Assembly (NCBI RefSeq): GCF_030028105.1
Contig: NW_027277693.1
Location: forward strand, 186,001 to 250,000
DNA length: 64,000 nt
Direction of reading: 5' to 3'
Source: Mobula birostris
Lineage: Eukaryota
Within the stretch, counting starts at the first letter, position 1. Each line of letters begins with the position of its first letter. Positions 15,101 to 30,100 of this stretch are shown here, piece after piece. Below the pieces are notes generated by a model, which was given only the letters and a program-made list of their open reading frames with translations, was not told where the DNA came from and ran no database searches. The position numbers and the translations under genes are program-made.

Positions 15101-18100
15101 CATCTCATACCCTCACTTTGCCCTCCAGATTTATCTCAAGTGCATTTTTTATATTTTTATAATCATCAAGAGATGAACTTGTCCCCAAATTAAACACAAT
15201 GTGTTATGTACAAAATGATGGAGGAACTCAGCAGGCCGGGCAGCATCAATGGAAAAGAGTAAAGCCGATGCTTCAGACTGAGACCCTTCATCGGGACTCC
15301 TGTTTGTGAACACAATGTACGCTTGCCTCTCCTCTTGACTGGAACTTCAGTCTCTCTCATCAGCCAGGGTTCCTAAACCATCCAGGCTCTGTACACAAGA
15401 GGTACATAATACATCTACACCCTTGTTATGCCATGAGTCGTGCCCCAATCCTTGCTTCTCACCGTTACACTGAAGCTTCTCTGAGCTCTTTTCGCTCTTC
15501 TCTTGCGTGCAGGTTGAAGATGTCTGATGATCTGGTTGCTCACTGTACAATGAGGGAGTCTCACTGCCCTGTGGATCCTCACTCGACACTGGTGCACAAC
15601 ACAGACATCAATCAGAAAACCTGTAACCTGGGATTTGGTGTTGATGTTACCTTAGAACCGATGGGGATTTTCTGTTCTGACCTTCCCTCCCTCCAATAAC
15701 CCTATCCCAGTGTGTCACTGTCTGACTGGGATACAGTTCTGACATTTTCCCATCACACCCACCTCAAACACACCTGCCCTACGGCATGTAATTGTAGACC
15801 GAAGGATGTACAGAATGAGGCTATTCAGCCCATCATTTAATACACCAAGAAAGAGGTTATTTGCCCAGTGAGTCTGTCATGACCAATATGCTCAGCTGGA
15901 TAAACCCAATTTCCTGCAGTCAACTTTATCCGTTCTAACCCTGTCTTTTCATGCATCCACCCAGGTGCCCCTTCAATGATACCATTGTACCTGCTGCACC
16001 CACTTTCTCGGGCAGCTCGGTCTATATACTCACCGCCCTACGGGTGAAAGAATTGCCCCTCAGGTTCTATTTAGACCTTTCCAATTCACCATAAGCATAT
16101 GCCCCAAGCTTTGGACTCTCCTGACGTGTGGGAAAGACTTGGCATACACCTTATCCTTGTCACACCATGATTTTATATATTTCTATATTATCATTACCTC
16201 CAACATGACAAGAAATAATGACCTAGTGTGGATAACCCCTCCCTATTACTCAGCACAGGCAACAGTCTTGCAATTCTCTGCCCAATTTCCAGTTTCACCA
16301 CATCTTTCCTAGAAAAGGGAGACCAAATTTCTGCACCATGTTCCATTTGCAGCCTCACCAATGACATTTTCAATGGCAACATAATGTCCTAGCTCTGTAC
16401 CCCACTGTTGAATGTCAGTGTCCTAAATGTTATTTTCTCCCAACATGTTCCCGCAGCTCAGGACATAAGGAGACGTTCTGAGCTTCTAAAGTGAGCTATT
16501 TCTCCTTAGTTATTATTTTAATAAACACACATCAAAGTTGCTGGTGAACGCAGCAGGCCAGGCAGCATCTGTAGGAAGAGGTGCAGTCAACGTTTCAGGC
16601 CGAGACCCTTCGTCAGGACTAACTGAAGGAAGAGTGGGTAAGGGATTGTTTGCGTTATTATTTTAATCTTTAATTTGTGTCAGATCAGATTAAAGATCTG
16701 TTTTTGTGTTACATCTACATTGAAACATTGAAACAGTCAGTGAAATGCTCATTTGCCTCGATGAACAACACAGTACAAGGGTGAGTTGGGGGGGGGGGGC
16801 GCCCGTACCTGTCACTGTGATCCCACTACCAACATAGCATGCGATCAGCTTACTCACACTAACCCTTTCCAAAATGGCAGGAAACTAGAATACTCAGTGG
16901 AAAAGTACTGCAGTCATGGGGAGAAAGTATAAACTCCTTAAAGGCAGCAGAGGAATTTAAAACGTCACCAGTGTCAGCCCTACAGGTAGAAATGGGAATA
17001 ATGCCTTTGGAAATAAGAAGGATGCAACTGATGGCAAACTACTGGGCTAACTTGCAGGGGCACAATGATTCTCACCCTACTAAAGGAGTGTTGCAGGAGT
17101 GCTGGGAAAATGGGAGGTTTCAGAGGGATACCTTTAGTCGGGTAGGGAATGATATCGCGAAAGAATGTGGAGTGTTTGATCTGAGGATAAGTCCTTCAGT
17201 AGTTTATCCGGTTGTAGCTCCATGGAAGCTTGTATGGCCTGACATAGACTGGCATTTGTTAGAGGTAAAAAGGAAAGAAAGATATAAAACAGATTTGGTA
17301 AATGCATTTAACTGTCATGTGATGGAAACTTATAGTGATTATACTCACATTTATACAGATGGTGCGAAGGAACCTGAAACAGGAGTGACAGGGTTTGGGG
17401 TGGTAATACCAGCAAAAGAAATTGGAATCAGCAGAAGAACATCTAATAAGTTAGGGGTGTTTACGGTGGAGATGCTGGCAGTGTTGGTTGCATTGCAATG
17501 GGTGCAGAAAGCCAGACAAGCCAAAGCATTGATATGTTCAGATTCATCCTCAGTTCTAGCAAGTTTAAGGTCTTTTCACACAAACAGTCGGCAAGATGTA
17601 CTTTATGAAGTCCTTCAGTTAGTTACAAGAATTGCAAATCAGGGAGGTCAGGTAAAATTTCTATGGGTTCCAGCACATGTAGGGGTGAAGGGGAATGAGA
17701 GGGTGGATGAGTTGGTAAAGAGGACGTTAAAGAAAGAAAATGTGGAAATGCACATTAGTATCAGTAAAGCAGAGGTTAAGTGTGTAATCTGGGAAAAAGT
17801 CAACCGAATGTGGCAAGAAAGATGGGACAGGGAGGGAAAAGGGAGGCATTTATATCAAATACAAAAGATTGTTGCAGGTACTAGGGTAGGTAATGGAAAC
17901 AGAAGAGAGAAAATTGTGTGGACTAGGTTAAGGCTGGGGCATTGTGCATTAAACAAAACATTGAAAATGATAGGGAAACACCAGACAGGATTGTGTGAGG
18001 AATGTCAGGAAGAGGAGTCAGTAGAACATGTAGTTTTGTGTTGCAGGAAGTATGGGATACAGAGAGAAATGATGAGAATTAAATTAAGGGAGTTGGGGGT

Positions 18101-21100
18101 GCAGGAATTCACATTAAAAGGGTTGCTGGGCATGGGTGCGAGAGCACAAGTCCGGGTATTTTTAGCGTTTTTAAGGGGTACAGGGTTTTTTTTGTAGGAT
18201 ATGACGAATAAACAGGAATAGGATACTAGGATGGTCAAAGATGGGAGNNNNNNNNNNNNNNNNNNNNNNNNNNNNNNNNNNNNNNNNNNNNNNNNNNNNN
18301 NNNNNNNNNNNNNNNNNNNNNNNNNNNNNNNNNNNNNNNNNNNNNNNNNNNNNNNNNNNNNNNNNNNNNNNNNNNNNNNNNNNNNNNNNNNNTTTAGAAT
18401 GTATGTCTAGTGCACATTCCGGAGCAGAGGGTGGCGGTAATGCACCATTAGGCTGGATGCCAACCGCCGTAAAACAAGATACAGACAGACAGAATTGAAC
18501 ACATATGGCTGCCACTGTAAAGTTTACACTAATCACTACAGAACTTCTTGGGATTTTTCTTAGCTTTATCTTCTAGATCGATCTCACACCCCCTCTTTTT
18601 GCCTCCTGATTTCCCTCTTGATAGTATTCTTAGTTATTTGATGTTAAGGGATTCACTGGAAAATAACCTAAATGCACCTTGTCTTTCCATATTTTTCTTG
18701 ACCAAAGCCTGAATATCTCTTGTCTTGACAGGTTTACCCTCCACTTCAGCAGGAACATACTGCCTCTGCAGGCTCGATATTTCTCAACTCCTGCCCTAAT
18801 CGCTCAGGGCGAGCGCCAAGCCTGTATTCTCACCGTTACACTTCTCCGAATTCCTGCTTCTCTTCCTTTGGCTCCATCCTGAAGAAATCGAACAATCCAA
18901 TTGTTCATTCACCACTGAAGGCTCATCACCCGGCAGACTGTCGTCCTGCACTACTGGAATGCCTACACGTCAGTCAGGAGCCTTTAAGCTCAGAATTGTT
19001 GCTAAATTGACCTCCGTACCCAAAGACATTTTGGACTGCGAACCTCCCTCCCTCACCCAGCAGTCACTGCCTGACCGACTATAGTTCGTTCCATCATTTT
19101 CCTACCCAAGACACACATCAATCACATCCCTCACATTCCATGTGAGAAGGTTTCAGTGAAGCGTGAGGTGTGACAGGGAGAGACGGGTTTTACCCACCGG
19201 GGGAGGAATGTTCTCTGGATCTGGTTCTGTCACTGAGACTCTGTCTGATGGCCCGAATGGTATTTGGACAATGGCACTGAACTTTCCTCCTAATGAGAAT
19301 ACCGCTGGTTTCTCTCCAAAGTACTCGATGAACTGCTGTTCCTTCATGGAATAACCCTGGATGAGTACTTATCTGCTCCTCTCTCACATCTCGGGATTTC
19401 TGCAACAGAATCACGGCACAGATGTCTTCCTTCAGCACTCTTCCGCCTCCTGTAACACAGAGTAACAGTGTGTCTGGGTGTTGTGGGATGGGTGTGTGTC
19501 CCACCCACTGGGTATATCAGTTTTGAGCTCAGTACCTTCCACCTGGGGCTGTGCCCACCTTCCTGCCCCCTGTGTGTGTCCAGTTGATGCTGACTATGTA
19601 CAAGACAGCCCTCCCATCCCACTACTGGCACTCACCTCCCCACACAAGCTACAGCACTGACAGTAGCATCATTTTTCCACTGGGACTTTCATCCCAGGAA
19701 TGCCCTCCCCACTCAGGGGCACAGAAAGTTCCAAACACCTTACACACAGGGGAAGGGAACCGACCCGTGTCCCGGACATTGTTACACCAGGATCCACAGT
19801 CCGTTACCTCACAGCTGTTTGTGGGAGCTTGCTCTGCACCATTATACATCCCCATCACAATGATAACTACTGTGAGCTTTGGTGGCAGGGCACCACAAGA
19901 CATGACAAGGATAAGGAAGGTGCTACATCAATGCAGTGCCACTGTCCTATTGTAAACCAAATCCCAGGATGTCACATAGTCAGAATTATTGTACCTCAGA
20001 GAAAGGGAAGAGCCAGTAGTCAGCAGAAGTCTCCAAGAGGAAGGGGATACCACGGAAGTAAATTGACTTCATGACTTCACCTGTGGAGAGGACGAGAGTA
20101 TCTACCTGTGACCCACTGCAGGGCATTTTGAAAATCCTCAGTTTCATGAGACACATTGTAGACAAACAGGACACTGGGAATCCTTGGCCTTTCACACTTG
20201 TTGATATTCAGCTGCTTCACAATCTCCTCATGGACGGATCCTCGACCGTAACATTGCACTGTAAAACACAGAACCTGTGCTCACTCAGTCTGCCTCACAC
20301 CAGCACATTTCACTCAAGGTGATTCCCAGTAACAGAAGGGAAGGGGATAGATTTAATGTTCCTCCGAGCTCAGAGTTGGACACGCATCAGCATGGGAATG
20401 GGCTCTGTTTCACTGTAAATGTGTCAGCAAATGGGAGTTCTCAAGGGATGTGAAAGCAGCAGGTTAAGTGGGGTAGTTTACAGAGGTGGGGAGGAGTGTT
20501 GGAGACAGTGGAGACCGCAGAGGTGACAAGGGGTGTAGGTTCCAGAGTGGATCAGAGAGATGGGGAGGGGTCACAGATACTGGAGTGTTGTAGGCATTGC
20601 TGAGGGTCACAGAGAATGGAAGTGCTACAGGGTCCATTTGGGCTCAGAGAGTGGGATGTGTGTAGGGAACGGAGGGGAAGGGGAAACAGACACACCGACA
20701 GGGTGAGGTATTGATCTGGGTGAGACAGTCAGCACTCTGACTCTCACAACACACAGAATACCATCCCTGGAAGCATCAGGTCCACAGATACAGAGCAACA
20801 TCCAATCTACAGGGACCTGTCACCGGGAGACTGCAGGATGTGCCCTGTGGAGGTCCTTCAGCCCATCGAGACATTGGACAATACAGCAGCATACAGGTCC
20901 TTTGGCCCAACCACTCCTCACTGGCCATGGTGCCCGTCCAGATTGTCTGCATTACAACTGTATCTCTCCATGTCCCACCCCCTCCATGTACCTATCCCAG
21001 TGCTTCTGAACGGATACTCTTGTACCTGCCTTAACCACTTCCCCTGTGAAAAAGATCAAAGCCCAAAGTACAGTTATTATCAAAGTACATATATATCACC

Positions 21101-24100
21101 ATATACACCCCTGAGATTCATTTCCTTGCTGGCATACTCAATAAATCCATATTAGAATAATAACCATAATAGTTTCACATACTCTCCACTGTCTGGGTGA
21201 GAAAGTTATCCCTTAGGCCCCTTTTAACTCTCTTCCCCTCACCCTTAACCCAGGGGCTCTAATTGTGGATTCTCTGACCTGGGGAAAAAACTGTTACCAT
21301 GAACCTTATCTTGCCTCGATGATTTTATTTACTTCTCTATTCTGTATTCCACAACATACTTCTTCATTATAAATAGCACCCTTTAATTTTGCATCATCCA
21401 CAGATTTACTGATAAAGCCTTGTGCACTGGCATTCGAATCATTTCTCAAAATAGTAATGAAAGAAACCCAACACTGATCCCTGCAGAACACAGCTCATCA
21501 GCAGCCTCCATTCCGAAACACAACCTTCAACCACCTCCCTCTGCTTTCGTCCTCCAAACCAATTGTGAATCCACCAATCTTGACTGGATTCCTAACCATC
21601 CAGTTTACCCTACCTTGCAAGACCTTGTCAAGGATCTCGCTGATCTACAAATAGACAACGTCCACTGCCCTGCCCACATCTGCCTTTTCAGTCATCTCTT
21701 CAAATAGATTGAATACTGTTCAATAAGCAGAGCTTTTTATGCACAAAGCCGTGCTGACTCTATTTAATCTGACTCCGTCCACTCAAATGCTGGTACACCC
21801 TGTCCCTCAGAACTCCCGTAGGTAACTTCCCCACTACTGATTTCACACTGACTGGTGTGTCATTCCCTGGCATGAACTTCCTGCTCTTCTCAAACAACCA
21901 AACATGAGCTTCCTTCCAGTCTTCTGCAACTTTTCTGGTGGCAAATGATGAGACAATAATCTCAGCAACAGACTCCACAATTTCTCCTCTCACCACCCAC
22001 AAATTTGAAGGAAGCACTCACTCTGGCCCTGGGGTTTCATCCACCAATATACCGTAAGGTTGCAAATATCAACCTTTCTGGAAATCTGACCAGTCTCCAA
22101 AACATCTCTACCTAATTCCCATGAGTAATCATGATTATCTCCTCAGTGAAAAAGGGGAAATATTCGTTAAGAATCTCACCCATGTTATGCAGGTCAAGAC
22201 ATATGTACCCTGCTAATGTCTGAAGGGATCTACTCACTTGGTAACCACCCTTTTAGTCATGATATAGCTGCAAAATCTCTTGGGATTTCCCTTCATCTTT
22301 TCTGTCAGATCCATCTCACACCCTCTCTCTTTGCCCTCATGATTTCACACTTGATTGTTTTCTTGGTCATTTGGTATTAAAGCATTACCTGGCGCATGAC
22401 ATAATTGAACTATGTCCTTCCATTTTCTCCTTGACAAAAGCTTGTATATCTCTCATACTTTTGTATCCACTAAACTGTCTGTCCAGGATTTCATACAATG
22501 CTTCCTACTGGACCAGCCTACCATGCGAGGTCTTATTGTAGGTTCTACTAAATGGACAGCGTTCTCAGCCTGAACCTCACCTACAATTTTGGTCATTCTA
22601 CAAACAGCTCTAAAGACGTTCAACTGCACAATTTTCCAGTCACACCATGCAAACTCCTCCTAATCAGTCTCTGTTTATCCAAATACTGGGACATCCAATC
22701 CCTCCGATTGCCCACCACTAACTTCCCCACAATTAATGTCGGGTTCACTGATCTGTCAATCCATGGCTTATCCCTTCTATCATTCTTAAACTACAGAATA
22801 ACATTGACCTCATTCCATTCTTCAGTGGCATTGTTTCCCAGTTACAAACAAGGAAGTAAGTATCTCTGAAAGGGCCTCCGCTGTTTCCTCTTTAGCCTCC
22901 CACGGAGTCCCAGGAAGCACTTAGTAAGGCCCTGGTGATTTATCAACTAGAATTCACTGTAAGGCTGCAAATACCTTCTCCCTGGAAATATGCATGACCC
23001 CAATCCGTCTTAACATGCTTCCCTCATCCTTTGAGCAATTGTGATTTTCAGTAAAACAGTTCAGCAATCACTGAGGAGAAATATTTCGTATAATTTCAAC
23101 CTATCTGCCCCATCAAGTTATAGAGAGCCTGCTGATCCCCAAGAGGAACTCCTCTCTAACCATCCTTTTAATATTTACTGAGCTATAGAACCTCCTAGAA
23201 TTTTCTTTAATCTCGTCTGTCAGATCCATCTCATACCCTCACTTTGCCCTCCAGATTTACCTCAAGTGCATTTTTTATATTTTTATAATCATCAAGAGAT
23301 GAACTTGTCCCCAAATTAAACACACTGCATTATGTACAAAATGATGGAGGAACTCAGCAGGCCGGGCAGCATCAATGGAAAAGAGTACAGCCGATGCTTC
23401 AGACTGAGACCCTTCTTCGGGACTCCTGTTTGTGAACACAATGTATGTTTGCCTCTCCCCTTGACTGGAACTTCAATCTCTCTCATCAGCCTGGGTTCCC
23501 AAACCATCCAGGCTCTGTACACAAGAGGAACATAATACATGTACACCGTTGATATGCCATGAATCGTGCCCCAATCCTTGCTTCTTACCGTTACACTGAA
23601 GCTGCTCTGCGTTCTTTTCGCTCTTCTAGTGCGTGTCGGTTGAAGATGTCAAGTTATCTGTTTGCTCACTGCTCAATGAGGAAGTCTCAGTGCCCTTTGG
23701 ATCCTTGCTCGACTCTAGTGCACACCACACATATCAATCAGCAACATGCAACCTGTGATTTGGTGTTGATGTTAACTTAGAACCCATGGGGATTTTCTCT
23801 TCTGACCCTCCCTCCTCCCACGCCCCAATCCCGGTGTGTCACTGACTGACTGTGAAACAGATCTGACAGTTTCCCATCAAACCCACCACAGACACACCTG
23901 CCCTAGGGCATGTAATGGGAGACTGAAGGATGTACAGAATGAGGCTATTCAGCCCATCGTTTAATACACCAAGAACGAGGTGATTTGCCCAGTGAGTCTG
24001 TGATGACCAATATGCTCAGCTGAATAAACCCGAATTCCTACAGTCAACTTTATCCGCTCTAATCCTGTCTTGTCATGCATCCACCCAGGTGCCTCTTCAA

Positions 24101-27100
24101 TGATACCATTGTACCTGCTGCACCCACTTTCTCGGGCAGCTCTGTCCATATACTCACCACCCTATGGGTGAAAGAATTGCCCCTCAGGTCCGATTTAAGA
24201 CCTTTCCGATTCACCCTAAGCATATGTCCCAAGCTTTGGACTCTCATGACATGTGGGAAAGACTGTTGGCATCCACCTTATCCTTGCCACACCATGATTT
24301 TAAATGTTGCTGTATTATCATCACCTCCTACATGACAGGAAATAATGACCTACTGTGGATAATCCCACACTATTGCTCAGTACAGGCAACAGTCCTGTAT
24401 TTCTCTGCCCAATATCCAGATTCATCACATCTTTCCTATAAAAGGGTGACCAAAATTCTGCACCACGTTTTATTTGCAGCCTCACCAATAACATTTTCAA
24501 CAGCAACATAACCTACTACTTCCACACTCAACAATTGAATGCCAGCGTGCTAAATGCTATTTTCTCCCAACATGTTCCTGCAGCTCAGGACATAAGCAGA
24601 ACTTCTGAGCTTCTAAAGTGAGCTATTTCTTCCCAGGTATCATTTTAATTCTAAAATAGTGACAGATCAGATTCAAGATATGGTTTTTCTGTTACATCTA
24701 CATTCAAACATTCAATGAAATGCTCGTTTTTCTGGATGAACAACACAGTACAAGGATGAGGTAGGGGCGGCCATAAGTGTCACCCTGCTTCCAGTGTCAA
24801 CATAGCATGCCCACAACTTACTAACAAAAAGGCTTTGGCACCGTAGCAGGAATCTAGAATACCCAAGGGAAAGCCACGGCAATCACAGAGAGAAAGTACA
24901 CACTCTGTCAGGACAACAGAAGGAATTGAAATGCCATGAGTCGTGCCCCAACTTCGCTTCTCACCGTTACACTGAAGCTGCTCTGCGTTCTTTTCGCTCT
25001 TCTCGTGCGTGTCGGTTGAAGATGTCAAGTTATCTGTTTGCTCACTGCTTAATGAGGAAGTCTCAGTGCCCTTTGGATCCTTGCTCGACCCTAGTGCACA
25101 CCACACATATCAATCAGCAACATGCAACCTGTGATTTGGTGTTGATGTTAACTTAGAACTGATGGGGATTTTCTGTTCTGACACTCCCTCCGCTCACGCC
25201 CCAATCCCTGTATGTCACTGACTGACTGTGAAACAGATCTGACAGTTTCCCATCAAACCCACCACAGACACACCTGCCCTCGGGCATGTAATGGGAGACT
25301 GAAGGATGTACAGAATGAGGCTATTCAGCCCATCGTTTAATACACCAAGAACGAGGTGATTTGCCCAGTGAGTCTGTGATGACCAATATGCCCAGCTGGA
25401 TAAACCCAATTTCCTGCAGTCAACTTTATCCGCTCTAACCCTGTCTTTTCATTCATCCACCCAGGTGCCCCTTCAATGATACCATTGTACCTGCTGCACC
25501 CACTGTCTCGGGCAGCTCGGTCTATATACGCACCACACTATGGGTGAAAGAATTGCCCCTCAGGTCCTATTTAGACCTTTCCGATTCACCCTAAGCATAT
25601 GTCCCAAGCTTTGGACTCTCATGACGTGTGGGAAAGACTGTTGGAATCCACCTTATCCTTGCCACACCATGATTTTAAATGTTCCTATATTATCATCACC
25701 TCCTACATGACAGGAAATAATGACCTACTGTGCATAATCCCACACTATTACTCAGTACAGGCAACAGTCTTGCAATTCTCTGCCCAATATCCAGATTCAT
25801 CACATCTTTCCTATAAAAGGGTGACCAAAATTCTGCACCACGTTTCATTTGCAGCCTCACCAATAACATTTTCAACAGCAACATAACCTACTAGTTCCAC
25901 ACTCAACAATTGAATGTCAGCGTGCTAAATGTTATTTTCTCCCAACATGTTCCTGCAGCTCAGGACATAAGCAGAACTTCTGAGCTTCTAAAGTGAGCTA
26001 TTTCTTCCCAGGTATCATTTTAATTCTAAAATAGTGACAGATCAGATTCAAGATTTGGTTTTTCTGTTACATCTACATTCAAACATTCAATGAAATGCTC
26101 GTTTTTCTGGATGAACAACACAGGACAAGGATGAGGTAGGGGCAGCCGTAAGTGTCACCCTGCTTCCAGTGTCAACATGGCATGCCCACAACTTACTAAC
26201 AAAAAGGCTTTGGCACCGTAGCAGGAATCTAGAATACCCAAGGGAAAGCCACGGCAATCACAGAGAGAAAGTACACACTCTTTCAGGACAACAGAAGGAA
26301 TTGAAATGCCATGAGTCGTGCCCCAACTTCGCTTCTCACCGTTACACTGAAGCTGCTCTGCGTTCTTTTCGCTCTTCTCGTGCGTGTCGGTTGAAGATGT
26401 CAAGTTATCTGTTTGCTCACTGCTCAATGAGGAAGTCTCAGTGCCCTTTGGATCCTTGCTCGACCCTAGTGCACACCACACATATCAATCAGCAACATGC
26501 AACCTGTGATTTGGTGTTGATGTTAACTTAGAACCGATGGGGATTTTCTGTTCTGACCCTCCCTCCTCCCACGCCCCAATCCCGGTGTGTCACTGACTGA
26601 CTGTGAAACAGATCTGACAGTTTCCCATCAAACCCACCACAGACACACCTGCCCTAGGGCATGTAATGGGAGACTGAAGGATGTACAGAATGAGGCTATT
26701 CAGCCCATCGTTTAATACACCAAGAACGAGGTGATTTGCCCAGTGAGTCTGTGATGACCAATATGCTCAGCTGAATAAACCCGAATTCCTACAGTCAACT
26801 TTATCCGCTCTAATCCTGTCTTGTCATGCATCCACCCAGGTGCCTCTTCAATGATACCATTGTACCTGCTGCACCCACTTTCTCGGGCAGCTCTGTCCAT
26901 ATACTCACCACCCTATGGGTGAAAGAATTGCCCCTCAGGTCCGATTTAAGACCTTTCCGATTCACCCTAAGCATATGTCCCAAGCTTTGGACTCTCATGA
27001 CATGTGGGAAAGACTGTTGGCATCCACCTTATCCTTGCCACACCATGATTTTAAATGTTGCTGTATTATCATCACCTCCTACATGACAGGAAATAATGAC

Positions 27101-30100
27101 CTACTGTGGATAATCCCACACTATTGCTCAGTACAGGCAACAGTCCTGTATTTCTCTGCCCAATATCCAGATTCATCACATCTTTCCTATAAAAGGGTGA
27201 CCAAAATTCTGCACCACGTTTTATTTGCAGCCTCACCAATAACATCTTCAACAGCAACATAACGTACTACTTCCACACTCAACAATTGAATATCAGCGTG
27301 CTAAATGCTATTTTCTCCCAACATGTTCCTGCAGCTCAGGACATAAGCAGAACTTCTGAGCTTCTAAAGTGAGCTATTTCTTCCCAGGTATCATTTTAAT
27401 TCTAAAATAGTGACAGATCAGATTCAAGATATGGTTTTTCTGTTACATCTACATTCAAACATTCAATGAAATGCTCGTTTTTCTGGATGAACAACACAGT
27501 ACAAGGATGAGGTAGGGGCGGCCATAAGTGTCACCCTGCTTCCAGTGTCAACATAGTATGCCCACAACTTACTAACAAAAAGGCTTTGGCACCGTAGGAG
27601 GAATCTAGAATACCCAAGGGAAAGCCACAGCAATCACAGAGAGAAAGTACACACTCTGTCAGGACAACAGAAGGAATTGAAATGCCATGAGTCGTGCCCC
27701 AACTTCGCTTCTCACCGTTACACTGAAGCTGCTCTGCGTTCTTTTCGCTCTTCTCGTGCGTGTCGGTTGAAGATGTCAAGTTATCTGTTTGCTCACTGCT
27801 TAATGAGGAAGTCTCAGTGCCCTTTGGATCCTTGCTCGACCCTAGTGCACACCACACATATCAATCAGCAACATGCAACCTGTGATTTGGTGTTGATGTT
27901 AACTTAGAACTGATGGGGATTTTCTGTTCTGACACTCCCTCCGCTCACGCCCCAATCCCTGTATGTCACTGACTGACTGTGAAACAGATCTGACAGTTTC
28001 CCATCAAACCCACCACAGACACACCTGCCCTCGGGCATGTAATGGGAGACTGAAGGATGTACAGAATGAGGCTATTCAGCCCATCGTTTAATACACCAAG
28101 AACGAGGTGATTTGCCCAGTGAGTCTGTGATGACCAATATGCCCAGCTGGATAAACCCAATTTCCTGCAGTCAACTTTATCCGCTCTAACCCTGTCTTTT
28201 CATTCATCCACCCAGGTGCCCCTTCAATGATACCATTGTACCTGCTGCACCCACTGTCTCGGGCAGCTCTGTCCATATACGCACCACCCTATGGGTGAAA
28301 GAATTGCCCCTCAGGTCCTATTTAGACCTTTCCGATTCACCCTAAGCATATGTCCCAAGCTTTGGACTCTCATGACGTGTGGGAAAGACTGTTGGAATCC
28401 ACCTTATCCTTGCCACACCATGATTTTAAATGTTCCTATATTATCATCACCTCCTACATGACAGGAAATAATGACCTACTGTGCATAATCCCACACTATT
28501 ACTCAGTACAGGCAACAGTCTTGCAATTCTCTGCCCAATATCCAGATTCATCACATCTTTCCTATAAAAGGGTGACCAAAATTCTGCACCACGTTTCATT
28601 TGCAGCCTCACCAATAACATTTTCAACAGCAACATAACCTACTAGTTCCACACTCAACAATTGAATGTCAGCGTGCTAAATGTTATTTTCTCCCAACATG
28701 TTCCTGCAGCTCAGGACATAAGCAGAACTTCTGAGCTTCTAAAGTGAGCTATTTCTTCCCAGGTATCATTTTAATTCTAAAATAGTGACAGATCAGATTC
28801 AAGATTTGGTTTTTCTGTTACATCTACATTCAAACATTCAATGAAATGCTCGTTTTTCTGGATGAACAACACAGGACAAGGATGAGGTAGGGGCAGCCGT
28901 AAGTGTCACCCTGCTTCCAGTGTCAACATGGCATGCCCACAACTTACTAACAAAAAGGCTTTGGCACCGTAGCAGGAATCTAGAATACCCAAGGGAAAGC
29001 CACGGCAATCACAGAGAGAAAGTACTCACTCTTTCAGGACAACAGAAGGAATTGAAATGCCATGAGTCGTGCCCCAACTTCGCTTCTCACCGTTACACTG
29101 AAGCTGCTCTGCGTTCTTTTCGCTCTTCTCGTGCGTGTCGGTTGAAGATGTCAAGTTATCTGTTTGCTCACTGCTTAATGAGGAAGTCTCAGTGCCCTTT
29201 GGATCCTTGCTCGACCCTAGTGCACACCACACATATCAATCAGCAACATGCAACCTGTGATTTGGTGTTGATGTTAACTTAGAACTGATGGGGATTTTCT
29301 GTTCTGACACTCCCTCCGCTCACGCCCCAATCCCTGTATGTCACTGACTGACTGTGAAACAGATCTGACAGTTTCCCATCAAACCCACCACAGACACATC
29401 TGCCCTCGGGCATGTAATGGGAGACTGAAGGATGTACAGAATGAGGCTATTCAGCCCATCGTTTAATACACCAAGAACGAGGTGATTTGCCCAGTGAGTC
29501 TGTGATGACCAATATGCCCAGCTGGATAAACCCAATTTCCTGCAGTCAACTTTATCCGCTCTAACCCTGTCTTTTCATTCATCCACCCAGGTGCCCCTTC
29601 AATGATACCATTGTACCTGCTGCACCCACTGTCTCGGGCAGCTCTGTCCATATACGCACCACCCTATGGGTGAAAGAATTGCCCCTCAGGTCCTATTTAG
29701 ACCTTTCCGATTCACCCTAAGCATATGTCCCAAGCTTTGGACTCTCATGACGTGTGGGAAAGACTGTTGGAATCCACCTTATCCTTGCCACACCATGATT
29801 TTAAATGTTCCTATATTATCATCACCTCCTACATGACAGGAAATAATGACCTACTGTGCATAATCCCACACTATTACTCAGTACAGGCAACAGTCTTGCA
29901 ATTCTCTGCCCAACATCCAGATTCATCACATCTTTCCTATAAAAGGGTGACCAAAATTCTGCACCACGTTTCATTTGCAGCCTCACCAATAACATTTTCA
30001 ACAGCAACATAACCTACTAGTTCCACACTCAACAATTGAATGTCAGCGTGCTAAATGTTATTTTCTCCCAACATGTTCCTGCAGCTCAGGACATAACCAG

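Noticed and set aside
16971-18197. 408-aa ORF as a host RNase H gene
   Set aside because: 3' end of an I/Nimb LINE with a microsatellite tail and a visible empty site.
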